A DNA stretch of 64,000 nt from Alphaproteobacteria bacterium (GTDB lineage: Bacteria; Pseudomonadota; Alphaproteobacteria; Bin95). The stretch's first letter is position 1, and each line of letters starts with the position of its first letter. A program made the translations under genes and the position numbers. Of this stretch, positions 27,544 to 37,274 are shown one piece after another. Where the stretch lies: positions 608,001 through 672,000 of the forward strand of contig OZ219788.1 in assembly GCA_964291285.2 (NCBI GenBank), written 5' to 3'. The notes beneath the pieces were generated by a model. The model made no database searches. It saw nothing but the letters and a program-made list of their open reading frames with translations, and had not been told where the DNA came from.

Positions 27544-29055
27544 TCAGGGAGTCGACGGCTCGATGCCGCGCCAGGCCCAGTCGTTGTAACCGTCGGGCGC
27601 GCGCAGGCAGGACGCCCGCACGGGGTCGGTTTCGAGCGCGTCCCACACCGGCGCGGGGCCGTGCCCGTGCGCCGCCTGCACGAGGCGGCGCTCGCACTGG
27701 CTCCGGCGGATGTCCTCCTCCAGCGCCGCCGCGTCCCAGGTCTCTTCCGCGAGGCGGCGGAGAGCGGCGAGCGCGTCTCCGCTGGCCGGATCGGCGGCGA
27801 GGTCGTTGCGCTCCTCGGGGTCAGCCTCGAGGTCGAACAGCAGGTCGGGCGCGCCGCCGCCGGTCATCAGCTTGAAACGCCCGCGGCGGACCATGAACAT
27901 CGGCGAGGGCACCCCCTCGGAGGTCATCTCCACGAATACCGGCCGGTCCCGCGCAGCGGCCTTGTCTTCGCAGAGCGGCAGCAGGCTCGCGCCGTCGGGC
28001 GGCCGCGGCGCGCGGTCGGCGAGGTCGATCCCCGCCAGGCCGCAGAGCGTCGGCAGCAGGTCCACCAGCGAGACGGGCTCGGCCCGGCGGGCGGCGGCGA
28101 AGCGCCGGGGGTCGTGGAGGATGAGCGGCACGCGCGCCGCATGGTCGAAGAAGTGCTTCTTGAACCAGAGGCCCCGCTCGCCGAGCATGTCGCCATGGTC
28201 CGAGGTGAACAGGACCGCCGTGTCGTTCGCGAAACCCGCCGCCTCCAGCGCCTCCAGCAGCGTCCCGACCATGTCGTCGAGCCAGGAGCAATTGGCGAGA
28301 TAGGCGTGGCGGGCGGTCCGCACATGGGCCTCGGTAATGTCGCCTTCGAGCAGGCCGTGATGGGCGAGCATGCGCCGGCTGTGGAGGTCGCGTTCCGGCT
28401 CGGGCGGGAGCGGGGTCGCGGGCATCGGGACGTCCTCGTGGCGGTAACGCTCCCAGTGCTCGCGCCGGGCGAAATAGGGCTCGTGCGGATGCGTGAACGA
28501 CACCGCCAGGAAGAAGGGCTGCCGGTCCGCGGCCTCGTGCAGCCATGCCACGGACCGCGACAGGACCGCCTCGTCATGGTCCATCTGCATGCTGCGCTCG
28601 GAGATGCCGGAGCGGATGACGCCGCTGGAATCGTTGTTCGACTCCATGCGGGTCTCGTCCCAGTCCGGCGTCCAGTGGAAATCCGTCGGGTATAGCTCCG
28701 GCAGGAGGCGTTCGTGGAAGCCGTGCAGCATGTCCGGCCCGACGAAATGCTGCTTGCCGGCAAGCGCCGTGCGGTAGCCAGCGAGCCGCAGATAGTGCGC
28801 CATGGTGGGGGTGGCGGCGGCGAACTCCGCCGCATTGTCGAAGGCCCGCACGCGCGAGGGCAGCATCCCGGCCAGCATGGAGAAGCGCGAGGGCGCGCAG
28901 AGCGGGAAGTTGCAATAGGCGTTCTCGAACACCACCCCTTCCCCCGAGAGCCGGTCGAGATGCGGGGCCGCCGCCGGGCCGCCATATGCCGGCAGCACCT
29001 GGGGTTTCAGCTGGTCGGCCTGGATCAGCAGGATGTTGGGCAGGTCTCGGGCCAT
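27544..29055 (-). CDS. betC: choline sulfatase
   Basis: QADQL, formylglycine motif CAPSR, DNAAEF, GKQHFVGPD.LHGF, SFTHPHEPY, SDHGDMLGERGLWFK. Confidence 0.8.
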   Translation of the reverse strand: MARDLPNILLIQADQLKPQVLPAYGGPAAAPHLDRLSGEGVVFENAYCNFPLCAPSRFSMLAGMLPSRVRAFDNAAEFAAATPTMAHYLRLAGYRTALAGKQHFVGPDMLHGFHERLLPELYPTDFHWTPDWDETRMESNNDSSGVIRSGISERSMQMDHDEAVLSRSVAWLHEAADRQPFFLAVSFTHPHEPYFARREHWERYRHEDVPMPATPLPPEPERDLHSRRMLAHHGLLEGDITEAHVRTARHAYLANCSWLDDMVGTLLEALEAAGFANDTAVLFTSDHGDMLGERGLWFKKHFFDHAARVPLILHDPRRFAAARRAEPVSLVDLLPTLCGLAGIDLADRAPRPPDGASLLPLCEDKAAARDRPVFVEMTSEGVPSPMFMVRRGRFKLMTGGGAPDLLFDLEADPEERNDLAADPASGDALAALRRLAEETWDAAALEEDIRRSQCERRLVQAAHGHGPAPVWDALETDPVRASCLRAPDGYNDWAWRGIEPSTP

Positions 29056-29094
29056 GACGGTCTCCGGCGCGGGGTTCGGGCGGGACCCGCTGCC

Positions 29095-29946
29095 TCACCC
29101 GTAGCGGGGCTCGTCCCACCAGGGGTAGAAGCCCGGCATCGCCTCGCCGGGCGTGGACGCGAAGGCGGGCGGGCGCTTCTCCAGGAAGGAGGCGACGCCC
29201 TCGCGCGCATCGGCCGAGGCGCCGGTATAGGCCATGCCGAGCGAGTCGACCCGGTGCGCGGCCATCGGGTGGCCCTCGCCCAGCATCTTCCACATCATCT
29301 GCCGGCAGAGCGCGACCGACATGGGCGAGGCGTTGTCCGCGATCTCGCGGCCGAGCGCGCGCGCCGCCGGCAGCAGCTCGTCGGGCGCGTGCAGCGAGCG
29401 CACCAGCCCGCCCTCGAACGCCTCTTCGGCCGAGAAGACGCGGCCCGTCGCGACCCATTCCATCGCCTGCTGCATGCCGACAAGGCGCGGCAGGAACCAG
29501 GAGGACGCGGCCTCCATCACCACGCCACGCCGGGAGAAGACGAAGCCGAACCGCGCCTCCGTCGAGGCGAGGCGGATGTCCATCGGCAGGATCTGCGTCG
29601 CGCCGAAGCCGACCGCCGGGCCGTTCACCGCCGCGATCACCGGCTTCTTCATGTCGAAGAGGCGGAGCGCCACGAGGCCGCCGCCGTCGCGGTGGCGCGC
29701 GCCCGGCTCAGGCGGCGCGCGGTCGAAGGTGCCCGGCCCGCCGGAGAGGTCCGCCCCGGCGCAGAAGGCCCGCCCCGCCCCGGTGACGATGACCGCCCGC
29801 ACGCCATCGTCGCGGTCGGCCGCGTCCAGCGCCTCCAGATACTCGCCGATCATCACGGCGTTGACGGCGTTCAGCCGGTCCGGCCGGTTGAGCGTCAGCG
29901 TGAGCAGGCCGTCCTCGACCTCGGCCCTGAGCGTCTCATAAGACAA
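29095..29946 (-). CDS. enoyl-CoA hydratase/isomerase family protein
   Basis: LNRPDRLNA, FCAGADL, KPVIAAVNGPAVG, EKRPP; start uncertain. Confidence 0.92.
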   Translation of the reverse strand: MSYETLRAEVEDGLLTLTLNRPDRLNAVNAVMIGEYLEALDAADRDDGVRAVIVTGAGRAFCAGADLSGGPGTFDRAPPEPGARHRDGGGLVALRLFDMKKPVIAAVNGPAVGFGATQILPMDIRLASTEARFGFVFSRRGVVMEAASSWFLPRLVGMQQAMEWVATGRVFSAEEAFEGGLVRSLHAPDELLPAARALGREIADNASPMSVALCRQMMWKMLGEGHPMAAHRVDSLGMAYTGASADAREGVASFLEKRPPAFASTPGEAMPGFYPWWDEPRYG

Positions 29947-30058
29947 ATGCGCATCCCCCCGAAGAGACATGCGCCGTCCCCTACAGCATTTCCGCTGCGG
30001 GTGGAACCGCCGCCCCCTTCGCCCGGCCGGAGACCGGGGAAGGGGGTGCCGTCTTTCG

Positions 30059-32446
30059 TTACATCGCCGAGGTGCGGCCGTAGATGGAGAGCGCCACCGC
30101 CTCGAACTCCACGCCGTCGCCGGTGATGTCGTCGAACATGAAATCGTCGGGCCTGGAGGTGGACTGCAGCACCTTGCCTTCCGGGCCGCGCGGCAGCTCG
30201 TTGGTCGGGCCGAATTCCGCCTCGAGCGCCGCCACCTCGTCCGCCGTCAGCGCGGCCAGCGAGCACGGCATGCCCTTCATGTGCGGGATGCCCTGTTCGC
30301 GGTCGATCAGCGCCTCCTCGTCGTCGGGCGTCACCTGCCCGTCATTGAAGGCCCACATGCCGGACATGTTCTCCAGCCCCGGCCGCGATTCCGGTTTCCA
30401 CCAGCCGTGCGGCACCCGCACAAGCCCCGCCGGCATGGAGGAGCGGCCATAGACGCGGGCGACCATGGCGCCGGTCGAGGTCTCGAGCCGGGCCCAGGCG
30501 CCTTCCTCGAAGCCGAGCCGCTCCATCTCCGACGGGGCGATCATGAACATCGGGTCCGCCGCGCGCCGGCGCAGTTCCGGGATATGGCGGTGGCCGGAGC
30601 GGAAATACTCGTCCTCGGGCCAGCCGATGAACATCGCCATCGGGAAGCGCTCCGAGGGCTCCGCCGCCTCGCGGTAGTAGGGCAGCGGATCGAAGCCGAG
30701 ATTTTCCAGCACCCCGGAATAGAGCTCCACCTTGCCGGACGGCGTGGCGAAGCCGGTCTTGAGATACTGCCTCTCCCCGGGGTCGGGCGCCTGGCCGCGA
30801 TGCAGGTTGGGCGCGCGCCCGGCCGCGACGACGTCCGTCCAGACCGCCCCGCCCGGCTCCAGCCGGTAGTTGATGAAGTCCTCCTGGTTCGTCCAGGGGA
30901 AGGCGTCGCCGAACCCCATGCGCCTGGCGAGCATATGCCAGAAATATGTGACATTGCGGCACTCGCCCGGCGGCTCCATCGCCTGGTCGCTGATGCCGGA
31001 CTGCATGGAGGGCCGCTCCAGCCAGGAGTCGCCCGGCAGTATGTAGTCCGAGATCTGCGCGCTCGGCGTCATGTTGTGCTCGAAGGAGACGAGCAGGTCC
31101 TGCTTCATCATCGCCCGGTACACGCGGTCGCCGTTGGCGTAGGCCATCAGCGCGTTGTTGGCCATCATGAAGAAGGCCCGGACCGGGTAGGGGTCGCTGT
31201 CCTCCATGGCCGTGAACACCGCCATCGGGTTGGCCATGTAGCAGCCGTTGACGAGGTTGATGTAGCGCTGGCCCCAGACGCGCTCGGTGGCGTCCTCGAA
31301 GGCCTTCATGCCGCGGAAGGTGAAGACCGGGTGCCGGTCGGCGCCCAGCTGCTTGGCCTTCTGCTCCTCGGACAGCAGGTGCGCCATCTCGATCTCGGAG
31401 TCGGAGCGCACGACCGGGCTCGGGCCGACGAACACGTCGCCGCCCTTGATGTCGACATTGCCGGTGACCGCGCGCAGCATGGCCTGCAGGCGGATCGCCG
31501 AGGTGCTGGACACCTGCTGGTCGGTGATCGGCGACCAGGGGATGCAGGCGGGCCCGGCCGTCGCATACATGCGGGCCGAGTCGCGGATCTGCTCTTGCGT
31601 GAGGCCGGTGATCTCCGCGACGCGCTCGACGGGATACTCCTGCAGGCGCTCGACCAGCTTGTCGAAGCCGACCGTCCAGTCGCGCACGAACTCCTTGTCG
31701 TAAAGCTCCTCATCGACGATGACCCTGAGCCAGCCGAGCAGCAGGGCCGCGTCGGTGCCGGCGCGCAGCGGCAGCCAGATATCGGCGCGCTCGGCGTTCC
31801 CGCTGCGGCGCGGATCGGCCACGATGAGCCTGGCGCCCGCGGCCTGCGCCATGCGGATCGCCTTGTATTCCATCGTCCAGCTGTGCCGGCGCGGGTCGTG
31901 GCCGAGCAGCACGATGCATTTCGAGTTCAGGATGTCGCCGCGCGGGAACCAGCCGTAGACATAGCGGTTCACCGCCGCCGTGTTGCCGGCGCAATAGGCG
32001 ACGCCGCTGATCCAGTTGGGCGAGCCGACATGGTTCATGAAGCGCCGGCAGAGGCCGTGGTCGGACAGGCCGGTGGCGCCGCTCTGGCCGACCGCGAAGG
32101 CTTCCGGCCCGTAGCGGTCGATCACCGCCCGGAGGCGCTCGGCGATGTCGTCCATCGCCTCGTCCCAGGTGACCCGCTGCCACTGGCCGTCGCCGCGCGC
32201 GCCCACGCGCTTCAGCGGATAGAGGATGCGGTCGGGATGCGCGAAATGCTTCGGCGCATAGGCGCCCTTCATGCAGATCACGTCCTTGAGGATCGGGTGG
32301 TCGCGCGTCGTGACCTTGACCACGCGCCCGTCCTCGACCTTGGCCGCGACCGGGCAGAACCCGTCGCAGCTCGTGCAGACCACGTTCTTGAGGACGCCGC
32401 CGCTCCCGTTCCCGAACCTCTCCTGTCCTGACAAGCCGTCGGGCAT
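30059..32446 (-). CDS. bis-MGD molybdo/tungstoenzyme, acetylene hydratase-like
   Basis: CTSCDGFC..ICMK Fe-S motif, RRFMNHVGSPNW..YCAGNT, MANP, PGDSWLERP, TPSGKVELYS, PHGWW. Confidence 0.85.
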   Translation of the reverse strand: MPDGLSGQERFGNGSGGVLKNVVCTSCDGFCPVAAKVEDGRVVKVTTRDHPILKDVICMKGAYAPKHFAHPDRILYPLKRVGARGDGQWQRVTWDEAMDDIAERLRAVIDRYGPEAFAVGQSGATGLSDHGLCRRFMNHVGSPNWISGVAYCAGNTAAVNRYVYGWFPRGDILNSKCIVLLGHDPRRHSWTMEYKAIRMAQAAGARLIVADPRRSGNAERADIWLPLRAGTDAALLLGWLRVIVDEELYDKEFVRDWTVGFDKLVERLQEYPVERVAEITGLTQEQIRDSARMYATAGPACIPWSPITDQQVSSTSAIRLQAMLRAVTGNVDIKGGDVFVGPSPVVRSDSEIEMAHLLSEEQKAKQLGADRHPVFTFRGMKAFEDATERVWGQRYINLVNGCYMANPMAVFTAMEDSDPYPVRAFFMMANNALMAYANGDRVYRAMMKQDLLVSFEHNMTPSAQISDYILPGDSWLERPSMQSGISDQAMEPPGECRNVTYFWHMLARRMGFGDAFPWTNQEDFINYRLEPGGAVWTDVVAAGRAPNLHRGQAPDPGERQYLKTGFATPSGKVELYSGVLENLGFDPLPYYREAAEPSERFPMAMFIGWPEDEYFRSGHRHIPELRRRAADPMFMIAPSEMERLGFEEGAWARLETSTGAMVARVYGRSSMPAGLVRVPHGWWKPESRPGLENMSGMWAFNDGQVTPDDEEALIDREQGIPHMKGMPCSLAALTADEVAALEAEFGPTNELPRGPEGKVLQSTSRPDDFMFDDITGDGVEFEAVALSIYGRTSAM

Positions 32447-32598
32447 CGCGCGCCTCCTCATGCGATCATGACTGCGGCCGGTCCACGGCCAATCTGCCAG
32501 CCAAGCAGGAAAATTGCGCCGGGTCAACGGGTAAGCCAGGGAAAATTTTTAGTCGAACCGCGGGCTTTGTCTGAGTGATGTCGGTCTGGCTGCCGGTG

Positions 32599-33014
32599 TT
32601 TGCCGTGAAAATTGTTGGGGATCGGGCGCAAAAAAAACCTCCCCGCCAAAGCACTGCTCCCGAGGCGTCCGATACTCGCCATCTGCGGCGCCCGTCTTGC
32701 GGACCCTGACCGGTAGGCAACCCCGTAAAAGCCCGAAGTCCCGCCCGCGCGGCCGGCACCTGTTTTCATGATACGGGGTGGCCGACCCGCCCGACAATGA
32801 AGGTTTTGCCGTGAAAATTGTTGGGGATCGGGCGCAAAAAAAACCTCCCCGCCAAAGCACTGCTCCCGAGGCGTCCGATACTCGCCATCTGCGGCGCCCG
32901 TCTTGCGGACCCTGACCGGTAGGCAACCCCGTAAAAGCCCGAAGTCCCGCCCGCGCGGCCGGCACCTGTTTTCATGATACGGGGTGGCCGACCCGCCCGA
33001 CAATGAAGGTTTTG
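32599..33014. repeat. 206-bp tandem duplication inside the ISAs1 element
   Basis: 32599-32804 and 32805-33010 read as identical, bounded by TTTG microhomology. Confidence 0.9.
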
Positions 33015-33151
33015 GGGAACCCCAGACGTTTCTGGCCGCCGTCATGGTGGTTTCTTGATGCCGCGGTCCAGTGTTTTCGTCCTCGACGGGCGCAGTTGTT
33101 TTGCTGCGCCGTTCTTCGGCCCGAGCCTGTATTGCGGTGGGGGGTGGGGTA

Positions 33152-34948
33152 TCAGCCTCTGGGCGCGATCATAATCGCGTCGAGGGCCTCTTGGGCGCGG
33201 GCGGCGTAGTGCCGGTTGGCCTCGGGTACATATCGGAAGCGTCCGTCGCAGCGCACGATAGCGATGGCCGCGTTGCTCAAGCAGGCCAGATTTCCGGGCA
33301 GGTGGCGCACATATGCCCGGCAACGGTCTTCGTCATAGGTGAAGTCACGCACATAGTGCACACGGTTCTCAATGTGCCAGTGGTTGCGCACCAGATCGAG
33401 AAGCTCCTTGGGGCCGGCTCGCTCTGCGCCAAGCGACGTCAGGCTCCAGGTGACCTCGATGCTGCGCTTGCCGGTTTTGAGCATCTTGCGCTCGCGTTCC
33501 ATGCGCATTGCCTGGCGGCGCCCGTGAAGGTGGGCGTAGCCGTCCCACTCGGCAGCGCAGAGGTCGACGACGGCGCAGCGTCGGCGCTCAATGCGACCAT
33601 GGCCCTTGTCGACGGTTTCGTGCCAGGGCGCATCGCTGAAGTCGATCGCCTTGAGGTCTTCGAGGATGGTCTGCTGGTTGCCCTTCACCGCGCTGACCAC
33701 GTAGTCGGCACGGCGTTCGAGCAGGCAACGCGCGGTCTCGTGCTGGGCGTGCATCGCATCGATGGTGACGATCCGGCCTGTGAGGTCGAGACCGCTGGAG
33801 AGTTCGCGCACGGCCGGGATTTCGTTGCTTTTGGAGCTGACTTCGACCTGCCCGAGGACCACGCCGGTGTCATGCGCCACCGCAGCGACCATCCTCCTGC
33901 GCCGGTCTTCGCTCTGCTTCGAGGCACCGCGCAAATCCTTTCCGTCCATGGCCACAGGCGCGTGCGCACTGCTGTGCTGTCCGGCCCACTGGCCGATGGC
34001 ATTGTCCAGGGTCTGTGGCGGCAGGGCGGCGAGGATGTTGTGGAAGGTGGTGACCGCCGGCGGCGTGTAGCACTGCCTGGATGGGCTCCAGAAGGCGCCC
34101 ACCGCCTTGAGTTGCTTCTGGGAGAGCAGGGCGGCGAACTGGGCGAAGGCGTTCACACCCCGGTATCCGGCAAGCCGGGCGGCAACGGCCAGCGTCAGAA
34201 TGGTGGTGAGCGCATAGCGCTTGCCCCGGGCATGGCGGTATTCGGGCACCTCGCCCAAACACTCGAACAGGCTGCGCAGCCGGGGCGCCGCCATCGGCTC
34301 GGTGTGCTGCTCAGCGTTCCAGTCTGCCGGTATCTCGGGATGGCTCAGCGCCTCGGGGGCGCCGTGTGTCAGTTCGAACACGAAGACCTCCTTGGGCTGG
34401 CCGTGGTGACGCCAGCGCGCCACCCCTCCGGGCTCGCGGGCAAAGCCGCGCGTCAGACCCAAAGAGCGCCAGTTGGCCGCGCGGTAGCAGGTGCCGGCGA
34501 AGCGCGAGACGTCCACAAACGTCTCCGCCACAACAGCCGGATAGCCATGCGCCGCCCGCAGGTCCTGCGACAGCCGCCGCACGCTCAGCCCCAGCACCCG
34601 CGAGGCAAGGTTGGGAACCCGCTCAGGCGTCAGGATGACAAAGCGCGAGTTGTTGGCAACCAGATGCAGGCGACGGAACTGCTGCTCCGCCGACCACCCG
34701 ATCCAGCGGTCCCGCGCTCCCACCTTGAACGCTCCAGGCTGCCAGCCAACCAGGGCAAGCCAGGCCTCGCCATGAACCGCGACATGGCGCAGACCCTTGC
34801 CGATGATGCCGTGGAACCGCAGATAGTGGTGCGCCGCTACCAAATCGTCCCAGCGCCGGTGCTCCCGTGCCCCCCAGGTCGGGCGCACCGTGACCGCGCG
34901 AAGATCAACCCAAACACCCGCAAACAGAAACCTCGCCATGACCGGCAC
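33152..34948 (-). CDS. ISAs1 transposase with N-terminal DUF4338 domain
   Basis: N-terminus: HHYL, RDRWIGW, NNSRF, NLASRVL, ETFVD..RFAGTCYRAANW. C-terminus: MDGKDLRG, KSNEIP, IDAMHAQ, VKGNQ, HGRIE, RNHWHIEN, EDRCR. Confidence 0.92.
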   Translation of the reverse strand: MPVMARFLFAGVWVDLRAVTVRPTWGAREHRRWDDLVAAHHYLRFHGIIGKGLRHVAVHGEAWLALVGWQPGAFKVGARDRWIGWSAEQQFRRLHLVANNSRFVILTPERVPNLASRVLGLSVRRLSQDLRAAHGYPAVVAETFVDVSRFAGTCYRAANWRSLGLTRGFAREPGGVARWRHHGQPKEVFVFELTHGAPEALSHPEIPADWNAEQHTEPMAAPRLRSLFECLGEVPEYRHARGKRYALTTILTLAVAARLAGYRGVNAFAQFAALLSQKQLKAVGAFWSPSRQCYTPPAVTTFHNILAALPPQTLDNAIGQWAGQHSSAHAPVAMDGKDLRGASKQSEDRRRRMVAAVAHDTGVVLGQVEVSSKSNEIPAVRELSSGLDLTGRIVTIDAMHAQHETARCLLERRADYVVSAVKGNQQTILEDLKAIDFSDAPWHETVDKGHGRIERRRCAVVDLCAAEWDGYAHLHGRRQAMRMERERKMLKTGKRSIEVTWSLTSLGAERAGPKELLDLVRNHWHIENRVHYVRDFTYDEDRCRAYVRHLPGNLACLSNAAIAIVRCDGRFRYVPEANRHYAARAQEALDAIMIAPRG

Positions 34949-35045
34949 ACTGCCATATCAAGAAAAAAATAGCCACCCCGGACCCCACCTCAACATGGCC
35001 CAAAGGCAGACAATTAATTCGCCCTGCGGGTAAGCGAAACCGGCG

Positions 35046-35834
35046 TCAGGGCCAGACGGCGGGGAATTGCCCGCTGTCGAGCGGGTCGCCGTCGGCGAGC
35101 GCCGGGTTGCGCAGGTCGGCGTTCGGGCCGGGGCCGGCGAAATAGCTGCAGCCCTCGCCGCAATAGCGCACCGCATAGCCGCGCCGGCGCGTGTCGGAGG
35201 TCAGGTTCCCGCCCGCGCCGTGGACGGTCATGGCGTGGAAGGCGAGCGCGTCGCCCGGCTCCATGTCCCAGGAGAGGATGTCGTAGCCGCCGGCGTCGAT
35301 GTCCGGCATCGGCTCGTAACCCTCGCCGCGCTCGTATGCCGCGGCGCCCTTCGCGAAAGGCTCCGGCTGGAACCAGCGCTCCCAGCGGTGCGAGCCGGCG
35401 ACGAAGGAGAGCGCGCCGCTCTCGCGCGTCACCGGGTCGAGCGGCAGCCAGAAGGACATGACCGGCCAGCCGCGCACCGGCCAGTAGGGCTGGTCGTTGT
35501 GCCAGCGGGTCGGCTGCGGCGTGCCCGGCTCCTTCACGAACAGCTGGTCGTAGAAGAGGTTGAGCCGCCTGGCCCCCAGGAACCGCGCCGCGACCTCCCG
35601 GAGCGGGCCCTCGCAGCAGAAGGCGCGGAAGCCTTCATGCGTCTCCCAGATGCGGAGGTTGCCGTGGAAGCGCCCGGCGTCCGGCATGTAGCCGTTGAAG
35701 AAGGGGCCCGGCTCGGCGATGTCGCGCTCCACCGCGTCGGCCAGCACGTCCAGCCACGCGCCCGGCACGACGCCCTTCATCAGCACCGCGCCGTCGCGGT
35801 CGAAATCCGCCTGTTCGCGTTCCGTCGGGCGCAT
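35046..35834 (-). CDS. phytanoyl-CoA dioxygenase (PhyH) family Fe(II)/2OG oxygenase
   Basis: DQLFVKEPG..WHNDQPYW (HxD), GSHRW, PGDAL.FH..TVHG. Confidence 0.92.
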   Translation of the reverse strand: MRPTEREQADFDRDGAVLMKGVVPGAWLDVLADAVERDIAEPGPFFNGYMPDAGRFHGNLRIWETHEGFRAFCCEGPLREVAARFLGARRLNLFYDQLFVKEPGTPQPTRWHNDQPYWPVRGWPVMSFWLPLDPVTRESGALSFVAGSHRWERWFQPEPFAKGAAAYERGEGYEPMPDIDAGGYDILSWDMEPGDALAFHAMTVHGAGGNLTSDTRRRGYAVRYCGEGCSYFAGPGPNADLRNPALADGDPLDSGQFPAVWP

Positions 35835-35931
35835 GGGGCTCCTCCCTTTCCGGCCGGTATCGCGGGCCGGGCGCTATACCACCCTTCGCGGGTCGGAGCC
35901 GGCGGCCGGCGGGACGGTGCGGCCGGTCCGG

Positions 35932-36261
35932 TCAGTTGCAGGGCGGGTTGGTGGAAAAGGCGCCGTTGCAAACGAACAGCTTCTTGACGTCATACCATTG
36001 CACCGACGTCTCGATCCATATCCTGGTGTTTGCCAGAAAGGTGGGTTTGCAATGGGCCCGGACCCTGCAGCCGCTTGTCCACGGAACGGAAATTTCGGCG
36101 TTGATGCAGAAATTGGCCTCTGCGGGAGACTTGTTCCACTCCTGGGTGCAGTGCTGAACGGTCGCGGAAACCTCCCGGCCCGGCAGGCAGGCCAGCGCAA
36201 GCGCCAGGACGGCAAACGGGAGCCTGAGGCGGCGAAGGGCTGCGGCTGGCGGGTTCGGCAT
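35932..36261 (-). CDS. small secreted Cys-rich protein
   Basis: RBS AGGAGG, signal peptide ending REVSA, six Cys in the mature region; lower GC than flanks. Confidence 0.7.
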   Translation of the reverse strand: MPNPPAAALRRLRLPFAVLALALACLPGREVSATVQHCTQEWNKSPAEANFCINAEISVPWTSGCRVRAHCKPTFLANTRIWIETSVQWYDVKKLFVCNGAFSTNPPCN

Positions 36262-36428
36262 GGACTTCCTCCTGTCAGAAACGTCACGGCCTGCCCGACA
36301 TGGCCCGCTGCCGGGCGGGCCGAAAGAGCATGCCGATGACGATACATGTTTCAGGCGGCGCCCTCCACCGGCCCGGCGCCGGGTCGTTCGGGCGGTCCCC
36401 GCAGCGTCTCCGCCCCGGTCGTCCGCAA

Positions 36429-36644
36429 GGCATCGCAGCCTCCTTGCCGGTCCGCGGTCCCCGGCGCCCCCGTCGCCGGCGGCGCGTCCCTCGCCCGCGC
36501 ATAATGCGCGCCTGCCCGTGCGTGCGCGCCCGCCCGCGCGAGGCGGCGGGACCGGCCTCCCCACCGTGGACGTCATGGAATGTCATGTTCTGTCATGAGA
36601 GACCCCTGCCGCATGTCATGAGATGTCATGTTTTGTCATGCGGC
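36429..36644. repeat. dispersed CATGACA-box element, copy B (inverted), abutting the IS3 end
   Basis: TGTCATG at 36581, 36591, 36614, 36624, 36634; homologous to 8416-8636. Confidence 0.75.
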
Positions 36645-37214
36645 TGGAGTGGGCCCCTTGGGTCGGACAGTTTCAAGCGGCATTTTTTGACAGGGTTGCG
36701 ATGTTGTTTTTCCTCGAAGCGGTTTGGGCTCAGATATCCGAGCGCGGAGTGCAGGCGTCTGTGGTTGTAGCTGTCGATGAAGCGTGGCAGTTGCCTTGCG
36801 ACGTCTTCGGCGGTCTCGAAGGCCATGGGATAGACGCCCTCGACCTTCAGGGTTTTCATGAAGCTCTCCATCATGGCGTTGTCGTAGGGGTTGGCTCGTC
36901 GTCCCATGGAGCCGACCATCCCGTGTTTGTCGAGCCGGGTCCGGTAGGCATGGGCGGCGTATTGCGAGCCCCTGTCGGAGTGGTGGATGCAGCCGGGCTG
37001 AGGGCTTCGGTTCCCGATCGCCTTGTCGAGCGCCGCGAGCGTCAGGCGCGCGTCGATGCGTTGCCCGAGCGCGTAGCCGACAATGCGGCGCGACCAGGCG
37101 TCCATGACCGCCGCCAGATAGACGAAGCCGTCCAGGATGGCGATGTAGGTCAGGTCGGCGACCCAGAGCCGGTTCGGGCCCTCGACCTCGCAGTCCCGGG
37201 ACCGGTCCGGGAAG
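36645..37214 (-). mobile_element. IS3-family remnant (3' part of OrfB), truncated by IS21
   Basis: WVADLTY, DAWSRRIVG, HHSDRGSQY, NPYDNAMMESFMKTLK, YNHRRLHSALGY; end begins TGGAGTGGGCCCC. Confidence 0.88.
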
Positions 37215-37274
37215 TGTTAGCGACGGTTACAGAGCGCGCCTATTCGCTGACATTTTTCGGCCGGTTGCGGTTTT

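Larger units (their letters stand above)
32537..35026 (-). mobile_element. complete ISAs1-family insertion sequence
   Basis: Ends CAGGGAAAATTTTTAG and (reverse complement) CAGGGCGAATTAATTG; 9-bp target duplication CGGGTAAGC at 32528-32536 and 35027-35035. Confidence 0.9.

Noticed and set aside
24320-27697. 1125-aa minus-strand ORF and similar long ORFs (12725-15532, 29969-32431, 46406-49108, 58272-61577)
   Set aside because: Antisense or off-frame shadows of well-supported genes, expected in high-GC DNA; no motifs.
32524-33045. ORFs with duplicated peptide blocks
   Set aside because: A by-product of the 206-bp DNA duplication; the period is not a multiple of three.
33152-34948. Druantia defence system
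   Set aside because: Only the DUF4338 domain is present, fused to a transposase; no DruE or other partners.
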